Below, one piece after another: positions 38,984-51,011 of a DNA stretch of 64,000 nt. Source of the stretch: an uncultured bacterium (GTDB lineage: Bacteria; Verrucomicrobiota; Verrucomicrobiia; Verrucomicrobiales; DEV007). The stretch lies in the NCBI GenBank assembly GCA_963977015.1, contig CAXBMO010000016.1, forward strand, positions 1-64,000. The letters are read 5' to 3'. Numbering within the stretch: position 1 is the first letter of the stretch; each line of letters begins with the position of its first letter. Under the pieces are notes generated by a model. That model had not been told where the DNA came from. It saw nothing but the letters and a program-made list of their open reading frames with translations, and did no database searches. A program made the position numbers and the translations under genes.

Positions 38984-39460
38984 ATGACAGTTCGCGCCAT
39001 CCCCCAGGGTCTGTTTACCTGGAATTTCGAGATTCGGAAAGCCGATAACGTGGTGGGAATGACCACCTACCGGATCTTCGGGGAGTCGGGAGAACTCAGC
39101 CTGGGCGAGCGGCAGTTCGTGGTCGAACGGCAGGGCCCCCTGAGCGGGCAATGGCGCCTGGCTCAACGCAACGGACCAGAGTTGGCGGTCGCGCAGAAGG
39201 CCAATGCGTTCACCCGGCGAATCGAAATGAAGTGGCTCGAAGCCGGGAGCGTCCTGACGATGGAAGGCGTCAATCCCTGGTCCAGAACGATGAAGATCAC
39301 GGCCAACGGAAATCTCCTCGGGAGGATCGTGCCGGATCATTTGTTCACCCGGAAGTCGACCCTGGAATTCGGCGAAGACGTTCCCATGGAGATTCAGCTA
39401 TTTTGCCTGTGGCTGGCCGTGATGTTGTGGCGGAGAGCCGCGAACAACAGCAGCGGTTAG
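38984..39460 (+). CDS. Hypothetical protein, LURP1/scramblase (tubby-C)-like
   Basis: Repeated beta hairpins (LAVAQKANAFTRR, LLGRIVPDHLFTRK) followed by a C-terminal hydrophobic helix LFCLWLAVMLW. Confidence 0.6.
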   Translation: MTVRAIPQGLFTWNFEIRKADNVVGMTTYRIFGESGELSLGERQFVVERQGPLSGQWRLAQRNGPELAVAQKANAFTRRIEMKWLEAGSVLTMEGVNPWSRTMKITANGNLLGRIVPDHLFTRKSTLEFGEDVPMEIQLFCLWLAVMLWRRAANNSSG

Positions 39461-39468
39461 ACGTCCCG

Positions 39469-39825
39469 TTACTTGAAGCAGAAGTCGTCTTGCCTGAGGA
39501 GCTCGAATGCCCCATTCGGGCCGACGTGGTAAATCTCGAGGCAAAACTCTCCGATCCCAAGAGAGCGAAAGGCGACCTTTTCCCCTTCGTGACCGCCCGG
39601 CAGTGCCTTGAGCAGCACACCATCCCGCGCTCCTTCCAACCACATGAAGTCGGGTTGGCCTTCAATGGTGATTCGTCCCACCTCAACCAAGCCGGAGAGA
39701 ACTTGAACTTTGGAACCCACATCATCGACATAGGCAAACGAAGGTTCCGGTTCCGCGAAACCCGTGAGGTCGATTTCATAGTCGGCCCCCCGCGTGATCG
39801 AGAGAAGTTGAATGGGCGTTTTCAT
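39469..39825 (-). CDS. Hypothetical protein
   Basis: 118-aa tail of a long ORF starting at ATG 39825, fitting the gap between two + strand genes. Confidence 0.55.
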   Translation of the reverse strand: MKTPIQLLSITRGADYEIDLTGFAEPEPSFAYVDDVGSKVQVLSGLVEVGRITIEGQPDFMWLEGARDGVLLKALPGGHEGEKVAFRSLGIGEFCLEIYHVGPNGAFELLRQDDFCFK

Positions 39826-39888
39826 GTCTGAAGAAGCAGGTTTATTTGGTTGAACCAGAGCTTTCCGAACAAAGACTACCACGTCCCG

Positions 39889-42465
39889 ATGTCGATTCAC
39901 CCTTCTTCGAAAACAGCCCCGTTTCGGGATCAAATGCGCTTCTCGAAGCCGTGGCGTTCCTACCAGGCCCGCGTGCTGGAGAAGCTGCCGGTTTTTCTCA
40001 AGGACCGGCATTTTCACCTGGTGGCGGCCCCGGGTTCCGGAAAGACCGTGATCGGGCTGGAGATTGTTCGCCAGCTTTCCCTGCCGACCCTGGTCCTGGC
40101 TCCGACGATCGCGATTCGGGAACAGTGGATCGATCGGCTGACGCGCGACTACACCCGAGACGAAACACCGGACTGGGTGTCGCGTGATCTTGCGGAACCC
40201 CGATTGCTGACGATCAGCACCTACCAATCTCTCAGCACCGAATTCCGAAATGGGGACGGTGGCGCAGAACTCATTGCCCGACTGCGGGATTCGGGCGTCT
40301 CCGTGCTCGTGGTCGACGAAGCGCATCATCTGCGCGCCGTCTGGTGGAAGTGCCTGACGACGATCAAAGATGCGCTGGCGAAGCCGACCGTCATCTCCCT
40401 GACCGCGACCCCGCCGATCGACGTTCCCCAGGCTGAGTGGAATCGTTATGCGGCTTTTTGCGGACAGGTCGACATGGAGGTCGGCGTCCCGGAACTGGTG
40501 GCGGAGGGGAACCTCTGCCCTCACCAGGACTACGTCTTGCTCAGCATCCCCGAAGGCGAGCATGTCGAGGAACTGCGTCGATTTCGCGTGGGTGTTTCCC
40601 AGCTCATTCTGGATCTTCAACTCGACATCGACCTGGCGGAAAAACTGGGGCGGACCTGTCCGGTGCAATGGATTGCGAATGAGGACAGTCGCGACTTTGT
40701 GCGGGAGCAGCAGGCCTTTTACCTGGCTCTGGCGATTTTTCTGCAAAAGGTCGGCGGCTACATCCCGACCTGCCTTCGTAAAACGCTCCATATCGATGGT
40801 GAAGAGTTGCCCGCCCAACTGGACCGAGACTGGACGACCGCCCTGCTTCAGGGGCTGCTGTTTGATTTCCGCGAGAGAATCCTCCTAACCAAAGGTGTTG
40901 ATCCAGACCTGGGGCAAAGACTGTCCGAACTCGAAAAGCAACTCCGGCATTTGGGAGCGATCGAGAAGCAGCGCGTCGTCCTCAGCAGCAACGAGGAGAA
41001 CGACAAACTCCTCCGGGAGTCCCCGGCCAAACTCCAGAGCATTGCCCAAATCATCGAGCATGAATTCGACGCCCAAAGCATCCTCATGCGCGCGGTCATC
41101 CTCACCGATCACATTCGGAAGGACGCCTTTCCGTCGCCGAGCACGTCCGGTCCCCCGCTCGTGAAACTTGGCGTTGTGCCGATCTTCGAACTGCTGCGGC
41201 GGATCCGTTTATCGGCCTTTCAACTCGGCGTCTTGTCGGGCAGCCTGATTGTCATCCCCAAAACGAGCGGCGAACGATTTCGCGCCATTGCCGACCAATC
41301 CGGAATCGCCCCGGAAAAGTTGACGCTGAAACCCTTGCCGCATGATCCCGGCTACGTGGAGGTGGTGATTCGCGACGCGGATCGTCAACGGGCCGTCTCT
41401 GCCGCGACGCAGCTGTTTCAAGACGGCGAGATCCACTGCCTGGTGGGAACGGCTTCGCTCCTCGGCGAAGGCTGGGACGCCCCTGCGGTGAACACCCTGA
41501 TCCTCGCCTCGGTCATTGGTTCCTTTGTGATGTCGAATCAGATGCGGGGACGAGCCATCCGTGCGGACGCGGCGGTTCCTGACAAAACCGCAAACATCTG
41601 GCACGTCGCCACGGTTCCTCCAGACTTTGGCGATGGCTCGTTTGAGCACGGTCGCGATTTCGCGAGACTTGCGCGCCGGTTTGAAGCCTTTCACGGGGTT
41701 GGATTTCATCTGGAGGAGGAAGGTCACGCCGTGATCGAGAATGGATGGCGTCGCCTCGGTTTCCGCTCCTCGATGAAGGCAGGCGAGCTTCAGGCGTTAA
41801 ACCATGAGATGTTTCGGCAGGCCGAGGACCGGGACAACATGCGTCACATCTGGAGTTCCGCGATCGCTCCAGCCAGGGATGGTCGCTTCCTTCGTCCCGT
41901 CCGGGTCTTGAATGCTCCCCCGCGAGTCGTCTCGAACCGGTTCATTGCACGAGTCGCCGGGAAATCAGAGAGCGGGCTCAGGTTTGGCCTTGCCGACTGG
42001 CTCGAGCGACGCCGGCTTCAACGCATCTCCCGCGCCATTTTTCTGGCCCTGCAGGACTGCGGGGAATTGCCGGGTCGATACCACGCCAGCCAGTTGAGAA
42101 TGATTTCCGGCAAGAAACGACGGACCATTTCCGCGCCGGATCTCGAACCCGAGCACCAGACGGTTTTCATCACTGCGCTGGGCGAGTTTTTCGACATCTT
42201 CTCAAACCCGCGTTACCTAATTGAGCAAGGCGGCCGGTGGTTCGCGGTTCCCACGGTCCTGGGAGCCAAGCGGGAGCACGTCGATCACTTTTCCAAACGC
42301 CTGCGAAGGGGACGATTCGGAACCCATACGATTCACTACGTTCACGGCGGAAGAGGCGAAGACCACCTGCTCGAAGCTCGCAAACAATCGCTGCTCCGCC
42401 ACTTCGATTTCAAGACCGAGACCAAGGTTCACTGGGAAGCCTCGGGCACGAAGCAACTGGGATAA
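39889..42465 (+). CDS. SF2 DEAH-box helicase (ResIII-like N-terminus)
   Basis: RSYQ, AAPGSGKT, LAPT, VDEAHH, LTAT, LLGEGWD, QMRGRAIR. Start uncertain (39850-39934). Confidence 0.9.
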   Translation: MSIHPSSKTAPFRDQMRFSKPWRSYQARVLEKLPVFLKDRHFHLVAAPGSGKTVIGLEIVRQLSLPTLVLAPTIAIREQWIDRLTRDYTRDETPDWVSRDLAEPRLLTISTYQSLSTEFRNGDGGAELIARLRDSGVSVLVVDEAHHLRAVWWKCLTTIKDALAKPTVISLTATPPIDVPQAEWNRYAAFCGQVDMEVGVPELVAEGNLCPHQDYVLLSIPEGEHVEELRRFRVGVSQLILDLQLDIDLAEKLGRTCPVQWIANEDSRDFVREQQAFYLALAIFLQKVGGYIPTCLRKTLHIDGEELPAQLDRDWTTALLQGLLFDFRERILLTKGVDPDLGQRLSELEKQLRHLGAIEKQRVVLSSNEENDKLLRESPAKLQSIAQIIEHEFDAQSILMRAVILTDHIRKDAFPSPSTSGPPLVKLGVVPIFELLRRIRLSAFQLGVLSGSLIVIPKTSGERFRAIADQSGIAPEKLTLKPLPHDPGYVEVVIRDADRQRAVSAATQLFQDGEIHCLVGTASLLGEGWDAPAVNTLILASVIGSFVMSNQMRGRAIRADAAVPDKTANIWHVATVPPDFGDGSFEHGRDFARLARRFEAFHGVGFHLEEEGHAVIENGWRRLGFRSSMKAGELQALNHEMFRQAEDRDNMRHIWSSAIAPARDGRFLRPVRVLNAPPRVVSNRFIARVAGKSESGLRFGLADWLERRRLQRISRAIFLALQDCGELPGRYHASQLRMISGKKRRTISAPDLEPEHQTVFITALGEFFDIFSNPRYLIEQGGRWFAVPTVLGAKREHVDHFSKRLRRGRFGTHTIHYVHGGRGEDHLLEARKQSLLRHFDFKTETKVHWEASGTKQLG

Positions 42466-42484
42466 ACGTCAGGGTATGGACCTG

Positions 42485-45154
42485 TCAGTTGCCTGACTCA
42501 AGCTGCCTGGATAGCTCCGCCAAGGTCTCGTCCGTTTTCAGAAGATAGTCCTGCTGGGCGCGATAGGCTGCCGCGCGTTCATTCTTCGCCTCGACGTAGG
42601 CGGGATCCTCCTTTGCAGAATCCTGAGCGGCCTTCTTCAACTTCCTGATCGCCTCATCCGACACGAACAACTGAGGATAGGCGGTCTCGAGTTTGGCTTG
42701 GGCGGACTGCGCTTCATCGATGAGTTTCTGATAACCCGGATCGTCCTGGAACCGTTGGCGTAACCGCTCCAGCTCCGCCTTTTTGGTGTTGTCAGGCCAA
42801 TCGTCCACCTCCGGCTTCTGCGCGATGAGATACGCATCCAGCGCACGATTCGCACGATGGGTGGCAAAGAGCATTTCCTTGTAGACCGGATCGGTCTCGT
42901 GAAGCGTTTTGCGTTGGTCTGCGATCTGTTTGCGGAACTCTTTGTGAGACCAGTTGATCTCAGGAAAGAGCTCCTTGTTTCGCCGATCCAGTTCCTCAAC
43001 CCGAAGGTCCAAACTCCGATAGGTTTCGTCATTCTGATAGAGCCGTTCGTGAGCGTTGGTTCGTTGAATCTGGATCTGTTCCTCAAGCGATTTCTCGACC
43101 GGGAACTTTCCGATCGCGGCTTCGAGCCGCCCTCTTCCGGCAGTGGCCGCGTCACCCTTCTTCGCGACGGCCGCGAAGATCTGAAGGTTGTCGAACGAAG
43201 CCGCGTTTTCATCGACCTGAAGCGCAAAATATTGCCTTACCCGATCGACGATCGGGTGTTTCGCGTGGGCAACATGATCCGCATCCAAGTGAGCGATCAC
43301 CTCGTCGTCGAGAAACTCAACGGTCATCGTGTACCATTGATCCGGTTCGAAAGCATAGGCACATTCCCCATGGCGATAGGAAAAATAGGGCACCGAACGA
43401 TCGATCGCCGTCTGGATATAAAAGTGATCCGGGCGAAGATGAATCACGGCGTTGTATCCACCACCGCTGCCGGTCATCAATCGAACGTCGTTTGCCTGAC
43501 CAAGCCGAAAATCGAATCGAATCACCACGTTCTTGTATTCGGCATCGCGCAGAAAGATCCGGGTATTCTCGCCGTTGCCGGGAAGGCGTTGCAAAATGCC
43601 CTCTTCGGCGACCCAATCCTTCGTGTACCAGAGCCGCTCACTCACCAGCCCAGGTTTGAAGTGGTCGCCAAAGTAGAGGCTGCGCGTTTCGGTGAGGAGC
43701 GGGGCTGAAGGCGTTCGGGCTCCGACCGTTTTTCGCCAGGTTCGGAGTTTTTCCCTGAGGTCCGCCGCGACTGCGGGCATTTCACGAACCAGATTCCTCG
43801 TTTCCGACGGATCCGCGCCCAACGAAAACAACTCCTCCTCACCCGTGTCGAAATTCTCGATCAACTTCCAGTCGCCGGCTCGAATGGCGCCTCCGGAGAT
43901 TCCGCCAAGGAAATGAGGCCGATCGAGTGGATAATGCCAGGCGAGAAACTCGCGTTCCAAGCCGGCGTCCGGATCTTCCCAGGTTTGCAACGTCGAAACG
44001 CCATCGAGAATCTGCCTGGGATCCGGCTCAATCCCAGCGGCCTCGAGCAGGGTCGGATAAATGTCCGTGTTCATCGTGGGGACTTCCGACACCACTCCGC
44101 CGGGGATTCGTTTCGGCCAACGGACAATCAGCGGCACCCGAAGGCCACCCTCATACAGTTGGCTTTTGCCACCACGCAACGGCGCGTTCGAAGTCACATT
44201 GGTCTCCCCACCATTGTCGCTCGAGAAAATGAGGATCGTGTTTTCCGTGAGTCCCAGTTCTTCCAGCTTCGCCGAGATTTCCCCCACCCCTTCGTCGATC
44301 GACTCCACCATCGCCGCCAAATGCGGGTTGTGGTGCGTCGCCCAGTGATTCCCGGGATCGCCTTTTCCCAATCCCGCGTCTTCACAAAGATAACAATTCG
44401 ATCGCCCAGATTCCCCCGGCGCATGCTTCTTCCGGTACTTATCAACGAGATCCGGTCGTCCATTGAGGATCGAGTGGGGCGCGAAATGGCTTATGTAAAG
44501 AAAGAAGGGCTGATCCTGATTCCGCTCGATGAACTCCACCGCCTCCAGATTGAGTCGATCGGTCAGGTATTCCTCTTCCCCCAGCCGGTTCTCCGGGAGA
44601 TCAATCCAGCGGATCGGTTGATCGCGAAACACATAGGGCCAGGTGTTGGCACCGTTTCCAACTCCCTTGACCTCGCTCCCCGTATTCCAATCAAAACCAT
44701 GATCGCTGGGGCGAACTTCAAATTCGGCCTCATGATGTCGGTATCCTGTCAGATGCCATTTGCCGACCATTCCGGTCGCGTAACCATTCTGTCGCAACCA
44801 TTCCGGAAGCGTCGTGTGAGCCGGCGAAAGCGCGTTTGCCGAATTCGGTCGCAGGTAATCCGTGATTCCGATCCGCGCCGGAACCTGACCCGTCAACAAC
44901 GCCGCGCGATAGGGCGAACAGACCGGGGCCGCCGCATAAGCCTGGGTCGATCGCATCCCCTCTTTCGCCAACTGATCGAGATGCGGAGTCTCGTTAAACG
45001 TATTTCCATAGCATCCCAACTCCGCCCAACCGAGATCATCGGCGACGACGAAGATGATGTTGGGGCTTCGATCTTCGGCATGGGTTGCCACCTGCAAAAA
45101 CCATGTTGCCGCCACCAGGCAGATCAAAGTTCGGAGAAGGATTTGGGGTTTCAT
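42485..45154 (-). CDS. Formylglycine-dependent sulfatase with C-terminal beta-sandwich and coiled-coil extension
   Basis: PNIIFVVADDLG, CSPYRAALLTG, GKWHL, SSDNGG, LRGGK..LYEGGLRVP; ~400 extra C-terminal residues. Confidence 0.92.
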   Translation of the reverse strand: MKPQILLRTLICLVAATWFLQVATHAEDRSPNIIFVVADDLGWAELGCYGNTFNETPHLDQLAKEGMRSTQAYAAAPVCSPYRAALLTGQVPARIGITDYLRPNSANALSPAHTTLPEWLRQNGYATGMVGKWHLTGYRHHEAEFEVRPSDHGFDWNTGSEVKGVGNGANTWPYVFRDQPIRWIDLPENRLGEEEYLTDRLNLEAVEFIERNQDQPFFLYISHFAPHSILNGRPDLVDKYRKKHAPGESGRSNCYLCEDAGLGKGDPGNHWATHHNPHLAAMVESIDEGVGEISAKLEELGLTENTILIFSSDNGGETNVTSNAPLRGGKSQLYEGGLRVPLIVRWPKRIPGGVVSEVPTMNTDIYPTLLEAAGIEPDPRQILDGVSTLQTWEDPDAGLEREFLAWHYPLDRPHFLGGISGGAIRAGDWKLIENFDTGEEELFSLGADPSETRNLVREMPAVAADLREKLRTWRKTVGARTPSAPLLTETRSLYFGDHFKPGLVSERLWYTKDWVAEEGILQRLPGNGENTRIFLRDAEYKNVVIRFDFRLGQANDVRLMTGSGGGYNAVIHLRPDHFYIQTAIDRSVPYFSYRHGECAYAFEPDQWYTMTVEFLDDEVIAHLDADHVAHAKHPIVDRVRQYFALQVDENAASFDNLQIFAAVAKKGDAATAGRGRLEAAIGKFPVEKSLEEQIQIQRTNAHERLYQNDETYRSLDLRVEELDRRNKELFPEINWSHKEFRKQIADQRKTLHETDPVYKEMLFATHRANRALDAYLIAQKPEVDDWPDNTKKAELERLRQRFQDDPGYQKLIDEAQSAQAKLETAYPQLFVSDEAIRKLKKAAQDSAKEDPAYVEAKNERAAAYRAQQDYLLKTDETLAELSRQLESGN

Positions 45155-45335
45155 CGTTGAACCTCTCTCACCGTAGCTCCCGAACAAGTCCTTGAGACGA
45201 TCAATTTTTGATCACCAGTTCGACGAAGGAGCTGGAATGGGTGCGGCTTGATGGCTTTTTCGCCACGTGGAACGCGATAACTCTGCGGGCAGCCTCAGAC
45301 TAGGCTACGGTCCCACGCGTTCTCAGCCCAAATCC

Positions 45336-47879
45336 ATGCCCAGCCTCAGTTCCTCGACCCTTTCCGATCCGTCTTCGAATGATGAAATCCTCGATGCCTT
45401 TCTCAACTACCTCATTGAGATGGGGGTCGAGCCCTACGATCACCAGGAAGAAGCGATTCTGGAGTTGTTTGCCAACAAGAACGTGATCCTCAACACGCCA
45501 ACCGGTTCCGGAAAATCCCTCGTCGCGCTGGCGTTGCAGTTTCGGGCAATTTGTCAGGGTCGGCGATCGTTCTACACCGTTCCGGTGAAGGCGTTGGCGA
45601 ATGAGAAGTTTCTGTCCTTGTGCAAGACCTTTGGTCCGGATCACGTCGGGATGATCACGGGCGACGCAACCGTGAATGCGCAGGCGCCCGTGATTTGTTG
45701 CACCGCCGAGATCCTCGCCAACCTGGCCCTGCGCGAGGGTGAGGCCGCCGACGTCGATGAAGTGATCATGGACGAGTTTCACTACTACTCCGATGTCGAA
45801 CGCGGCGTGTCCTGGCAAGTCCCGTTGTTGACGTTGCCGCGCGCAAGGTTCCTGCTCATGTCCGCGACTCTCGGCGAAACCACGTTTTTTGAGAAGGCGA
45901 TTTCCGACCTCACCGGCGCACCAACGGTCCTGGTGAAGTCCGATCAGCGGCCGGTGCCACTGGAGTTCGAATACAGCACCACGGCGCTCGAGGAAAAAGT
46001 CGAGGAACTGGTCGAAGCCGAGCGCGCCCCGATCTATCTGGTCCACTTTACCCAACGCGCCTGTGCCGAAACGGCGCAGAATCTGATGAGCCGCAATTTC
46101 TGCAGCAAGGAGGAAAAGCGAGCCATTGGAGAGGCGTTGATTGATTCGGACTTTCGCAGTCCCTATGGCAAAGAGATGAAGAAGCTGCTCCGCCACGGGC
46201 TGGGGATTCATCACGCCGGCCTGCTGCCGAAATATCGGGTCACGGTCGAGAAATTGGCCCAGTTGGGTTTGTTAAAAGTGATTTGCGGCACCGACACGCT
46301 GGGAGTCGGCGTCAATGTCCCGATCCGCACCGTCCTCTTCACCCGGTTGTTCAAGTATGGCGGGCAATCGACCAAGACCCTGGCGGTCCGCGACTTTCGC
46401 CAAATCAGTGGACGCGCGGGCCGACGCGGGTTTGACGACATCGGCTACGTCGTCGCGCAAGCGCCTCCCCACGTCATCGACAATCTCAAGGCGACGAAAA
46501 AGGCGGAGGCCAAGGGGAAGAAGAGCAAAGCGGTCATGAAAAAGCCGCCGGAACGCGGTTTCGTGATGTGGGATGAGAACACCTTCAACCGGTTGATCGG
46601 TGCGCGCTCGGAAATGCTCAGTTCCAGCTTCCATATCCGCCACGGAATGTTACTCAACGTCCTGAGCCGGGAAGACCAGGACGGTTGCGCCGAACTTCGT
46701 CGCTTGATCAATCTGAGCCACGAAACGCCCCCCAAAAAGAAAGCCTTGCGTCGGCGAGCCTTTTCCCTCTTCCGAGGTTTGGTCGAGGGCGGCATCCTCA
46801 CGATCATCCCCAAAGCCGAGCGAACCGGCCCGGCCAAAGTGGCCCTCAACGTCGATCTCCAGGAAGACTTCACCTTGAACCAGGCTTTGGGAGTTTATCT
46901 GCTGGAAGCGATCCAGGAACTCGATCGCGAAGAGGTCGAGTATCCGATCAATGTGATCTCGTTGGTGGAGGCGATTCTGGAAGATCCGACAGCGGTGCTT
47001 CGCAAACAGGTCGACAAGGCAAAGGACGAGCTGATGGCCGAAATGAAGGCCGAGGGCATTGAGTATGAGGAGCGCATGGAACGGCTGGAGGAAGTGGAGC
47101 ATCCCAAGCCGGGCAAGGAATTCATCTACGCAACCTACAACGCCTTTGTCGTGGAACATCCGTGGGCGAAGGAAGCCTCGGTGAAGCCAAAGTCGATCGC
47201 GCGCGAGATGTTCATCGAATGGCAGTCGTTCGAAGACTACATCAAGGTGTACAAGCTCGAACGCAGCGAAGCCGTCTTGCTCCGCCATTTGTCGGAAGTC
47301 TACAAAGTGATCGCGCAAACCGTACCGCCAGCGATGAAAACGCCGGAACTGGTGGAGGCGGAAGCGTTCTTCGAAGACATGGTTCGCGGAGTCGACTCGA
47401 GCCTGCTCGATGAATGGGAACGGCTCCGCAATCCGGACTTCGTCCCGCAGTCGCAGAAACCGACCAAGGAGAGGGAAAAGAAAGCCGTTCCCATCACGCG
47501 AAGCCCCACTGCGTTCACCCGAGCGGTTCGGAATCGGGTCTTCGACGTGGTGAAAGAGCTGTCGCGAAAAAACTTCGAAGCGGCTTTCGAAAGAGCGGGC
47601 GACGCAGGCGATTGGACCGTCGCTCAGTTGATCGAAACGATGAACGGCTACCACGAAGACCACGGGGCGATTCGGCTCGATCCCGAAGCGCGGAATACGA
47701 AGCACTGCTTCATCAGCGAAATCCCCGGCAAGCGCGAATGGCGAATCGAACAGGTGCTCGTCGATCAGGAGGACCTGAACGACTGGAGTATCGTCTTCGA
47801 AATCGATTTGGACAAAAGCGACGCGGCAGGAGAGGTGGTGATGTCCTTGGTTAAACTTGGACTGGTGGCGGGAGAGTGA
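45336..47879 (+). CDS. Ski2-like DEAD/DEAH helicase with DUF3516 domain
   Basis: [60 protein letters not shown]. Confidence 0.92.
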   Translation: MPSLSSSTLSDPSSNDEILDAFLNYLIEMGVEPYDHQEEAILELFANKNVILNTPTGSGKSLVALALQFRAICQGRRSFYTVPVKALANEKFLSLCKTFGPDHVGMITGDATVNAQAPVICCTAEILANLALREGEAADVDEVIMDEFHYYSDVERGVSWQVPLLTLPRARFLLMSATLGETTFFEKAISDLTGAPTVLVKSDQRPVPLEFEYSTTALEEKVEELVEAERAPIYLVHFTQRACAETAQNLMSRNFCSKEEKRAIGEALIDSDFRSPYGKEMKKLLRHGLGIHHAGLLPKYRVTVEKLAQLGLLKVICGTDTLGVGVNVPIRTVLFTRLFKYGGQSTKTLAVRDFRQISGRAGRRGFDDIGYVVAQAPPHVIDNLKATKKAEAKGKKSKAVMKKPPERGFVMWDENTFNRLIGARSEMLSSSFHIRHGMLLNVLSREDQDGCAELRRLINLSHETPPKKKALRRRAFSLFRGLVEGGILTIIPKAERTGPAKVALNVDLQEDFTLNQALGVYLLEAIQELDREEVEYPINVISLVEAILEDPTAVLRKQVDKAKDELMAEMKAEGIEYEERMERLEEVEHPKPGKEFIYATYNAFVVEHPWAKEASVKPKSIAREMFIEWQSFEDYIKVYKLERSEAVLLRHLSEVYKVIAQTVPPAMKTPELVEAEAFFEDMVRGVDSSLLDEWERLRNPDFVPQSQKPTKEREKKAVPITRSPTAFTRAVRNRVFDVVKELSRKNFEAAFERAGDAGDWTVAQLIETMNGYHEDHGAIRLDPEARNTKHCFISEIPGKREWRIEQVLVDQEDLNDWSIVFEIDLDKSDAAGEVVMSLVKLGLVAGE

Positions 47880-48306
47880 AGTCTCCACCGTTGAATCTTG
47901 TGGAGAACTCGTCCGTCGCGAACTCTCCGCTATCGCCCAAGCCGATGGCGAACGTCCCCCCGGCACCGATGCCAGGCGACATACCGCGATTTATCCCGCT
48001 CACGGCGACGGCTCCCTTTGTGAGAACCTCGCCCGCGCCATCTTCGGGTACCTGCCGGAATTGGCGGAGGCTCACTATCGTTTCACCCGCGCCCTGGAAA
48101 CCGATCCCCGCTCCGCCTTCGACGCCATCGTCGCCTCCCATCCCGGTGCCAAGGAGTTCCTCGATGCGTTTGTCGGGATCGCGAGCGGCCAGGTAGCAGA
48201 ATTTGCTAAAAATTCCGACCTCGCAGCCCATCCGTCGGAAGATTTTGCATCTTCCGCTACGGCGACGACGGCAAACGTGGTGTCGTGGACCTTTTCCCGA
48301 AGCTAA
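47857..48306 (+). CDS. Hypothetical protein (uncertain)
   Basis: 149-aa ORF filling the gap after the helicase; no recognisable motif. Confidence 0.3.
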   Translation: MDWWRESEVSTVESCGELVRRELSAIAQADGERPPGTDARRHTAIYPAHGDGSLCENLARAIFGYLPELAEAHYRFTRALETDPRSAFDAIVASHPGAKEFLDAFVGIASGQVAEFAKNSDLAAHPSEDFASSATATTANVVSWTFSRS

Positions 48307-48404
48307 TCGAGCGGCGGCACGACGCGGTTGAGTTGATCGAACTAGGCCAAATCCCGGGAGTGCGCTTATCTTCCAACGTGACGACGAGTCTTCTTCAGCT
48401 TGAT

Positions 48405-51011
48405 TCACGGCTTGGCCGTCGCCACCATCCCATCGCGCTCGACCTTGCGATATAGGAAGGCGTCGGAGGTCACGAGCGAAGTGATCAGCGCCTTCATGCT
48501 TCCACCGCTTTCGCGATAGGAGCGCCAGGCTTCCTGGAGAACCGGGGCATCGTTGAGAGTCTCGTTGCGGCCCATCCAGAAGCGGAAGGCGTGACGCACG
48601 AAGACCTGCTCGACGCGTTCGCTCTCCGAAAGCTTGAGGATCATTTCGAGGGCGTTCTCCACCGGACCATCCAACGCGGGATCGCCGGAATTGATGATTT
48701 CGCCGCTGGTATCGACGGGCTGATCCAGTTCGGTGGTCCGGAACAGCCCAGCGTGGTTGTACATCTCGAACGGCAAGCCCAGGGGATCCATCTTCTGATG
48801 GCAGGTCCAACAGTATTTCTCCTGGGTGACGCGCATCCGGTGGCGCAGCGTCGTTCCGGGTTCGTCCGGCAACATGGCATCCACGGTGATGGGCACATCC
48901 GGAATGCCGCCGCCCAACAAACGCGTCCGAATCCAGATTCCCCGATGGATGGCATGGTTGTCCATCGCGTCCGAATGGGAAACGAGCCAGCTGGGATGCG
49001 TCAGGATCCCAAGGCGCTGGCCCTCCGGCGCGGTGGCCAGCGTTCGCTCCGGCTTCATCGAACCATTACCAAACGAACGACGGCTGACCCTCGCGTAGAT
49101 CCGCTCCCCAGGCAACGCTACCTCGGCCACGTTGACATTGATGGTGCTTCGCTTCCTTTTCTTGTCTTGTTCAAGCTTCGCTTTTTGGGTTGTCAGGGCT
49201 TTCTTTTTTCGCTCCAGGGACTTTTTCGTCTTCGGCTCCAAGGCACCGTCCTCCAATTCGGCATTCACGCTGGCAAGGTCCGATTCCACGGCCTTGAGCT
49301 CAGCTTCGATCGTCAACTTCAGGGCTTCGTCTTCGGCCTTTTTCGCGGCGGTAGCTGCCCGGCGCTCTTCCGGGGTGTGTTTCCGGCCAAAGTAGGTTTT
49401 GTCGGAATTGGTCACCACGACCTTCTGGGTGGTGAGCAGCTCTTTGAGAACCTCCTTGTCTTCCTCGAGGATCAATTCAATCAGGCGATCCGTGCTCGCG
49501 GCGGCGTCGAACATGGAGCGGTAATGGGCATTTCCCACGGGGGCGCCGGTAGCCGTCTGCGCCTTGCTATCCTTACAAATGTATCCGGCCAGGTCGTAAT
49601 CAAAGAAGTCGCGGAAGAAACGCAGAATGCGCGGTTTGCGAATGCTGTCGTCGGCCAGCATGCGGGTGACTTCCCGTTCCACGTCTTCCCGGGTACGCAT
49701 GCGACCCTCGGTGATCGCCTGGCGAAGTTCGTCGTCCGGTCTGATGTAGCGCAGGGCGTGGTTGACGGCGAGACCCAACTCCCAGTCCTGGAGCATGACG
49801 CGGCCGTGTTCGTCCGGCTCCCCGGTTTCGGCCAGCTCCGGCCGGAACAACGCATCGCGGTCCAGAAAGAGAGCGGAAAGCCCCATAAAGATCCCGTTTT
49901 CCTTCCCGACTTTCGCGATCGAATCGTTGACGATCTCCAGGTAGTCGGCGGATTCCTGCGCGGTGGGCGGGCGGAACGTCAGGGCTTCAAACAGGTAGTC
50001 AACGGCGGCGCGCAAATTCGCGTCCGTGACTTCGGGGGCCTGCATCAGGTCGTAGACCGGCGTCATCGGACGAACGACTTTGGTGTTGTAGACGATGGCA
50101 GTCGGCAGCCCGCGGAGGTCGCCCTTGGGCTTCACCTTGTCGTAGGTTTTGGGATCGTCCGTGATTTGTTCCGGCAGGCCGACGAGGCTCAACGGTCCGG
50201 AGGCCATGTATTGCAAAATGTCCTCCGCCTTCCCCAGGATCTGAGTCGCCTCGGAACTGTTGACGGTATAAAAGTCGGGGTAATTCTCGAACCCGTGCTT
50301 GCGCGCCGAGGACAGAACCACCGGCACACTTTTCACAGCGGTCGCGTAGGCCACCGTTCCACCCTCCCACCGGATGATCCGGTCGGTCCCAAAATAGAGC
50401 TTCAATTCCCCTCCGTGGTTGGTGGGGACGACGTCGCCATGCGTCCGGAGCCCCGGCTTTCCCGGATCGAATTCCGGTTCGGTGTTGATCAGCTCGTTGA
50501 GCCGCGTGATGTGTTCCTGAGGCGTGACGCGCCAGATCCGCGCGGGTGATGAAGCCGGAATCAGCTTCACGCCTTCAGGCAGGGGGCCGAAAAGCAGGTC
50601 GTGGCTGATGAAATTTCCTTTGTTGGGATCGAGGTGGGCGTAAAACCCTCCCTTGTCTTTCATCGCCGTTTGCAGCTCATCGACAACCCAATCGGTAAAC
50701 CGCAGCCGGTCGATGACTTCCGGCTGCTTTTTCTTCTTCGGCGGCATTTCCTCCAGGGCGACCTGAGCCCAGACCGCCTTCCAAAGCGCGGCGTTGGTCT
50801 CGTCGACCGCCCCCAGTTCAAGCAGATTGAGGTCGCCTTTCGTCGTAACGTCGTCGTGGCATTCGACGCAATGCCGATCCAGGAAATCCAGCGCGAAGTT
50901 GTCGAAATCACCGCCGATGGGCTCGCCGGGCGTGTAGGTATCAGCCGCCTGGAGGACCGTGCCGAGTCCGGCAACAACCGCCAGGAAGAGGACGGGGATC
51001 GCCTTGCTCAT
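48405..51011 (-). CDS. Planctomycete cytochrome c / DUF1588-type protein
   Basis: Signal peptide, [40 protein letters not shown]; internal Lys-rich coiled-coil insert. Confidence 0.88.
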   Translation of the reverse strand: MSKAIPVLFLAVVAGLGTVLQAADTYTPGEPIGGDFDNFALDFLDRHCVECHDDVTTKGDLNLLELGAVDETNAALWKAVWAQVALEEMPPKKKKQPEVIDRLRFTDWVVDELQTAMKDKGGFYAHLDPNKGNFISHDLLFGPLPEGVKLIPASSPARIWRVTPQEHITRLNELINTEPEFDPGKPGLRTHGDVVPTNHGGELKLYFGTDRIIRWEGGTVAYATAVKSVPVVLSSARKHGFENYPDFYTVNSSEATQILGKAEDILQYMASGPLSLVGLPEQITDDPKTYDKVKPKGDLRGLPTAIVYNTKVVRPMTPVYDLMQAPEVTDANLRAAVDYLFEALTFRPPTAQESADYLEIVNDSIAKVGKENGIFMGLSALFLDRDALFRPELAETGEPDEHGRVMLQDWELGLAVNHALRYIRPDDELRQAITEGRMRTREDVEREVTRMLADDSIRKPRILRFFRDFFDYDLAGYICKDSKAQTATGAPVGNAHYRSMFDAAASTDRLIELILEEDKEVLKELLTTQKVVVTNSDKTYFGRKHTPEERRAATAAKKAEDEALKLTIEAELKAVESDLASVNAELEDGALEPKTKKSLERKKKALTTQKAKLEQDKKRKRSTINVNVAEVALPGERIYARVSRRSFGNGSMKPERTLATAPEGQRLGILTHPSWLVSHSDAMDNHAIHRGIWIRTRLLGGGIPDVPITVDAMLPDEPGTTLRHRMRVTQEKYCWTCHQKMDPLGLPFEMYNHAGLFRTTELDQPVDTSGEIINSGDPALDGPVENALEMILKLSESERVEQVFVRHAFRFWMGRNETLNDAPVLQEAWRSYRESGGSMKALITSLVTSDAFLYRKVERDGMVATAKP

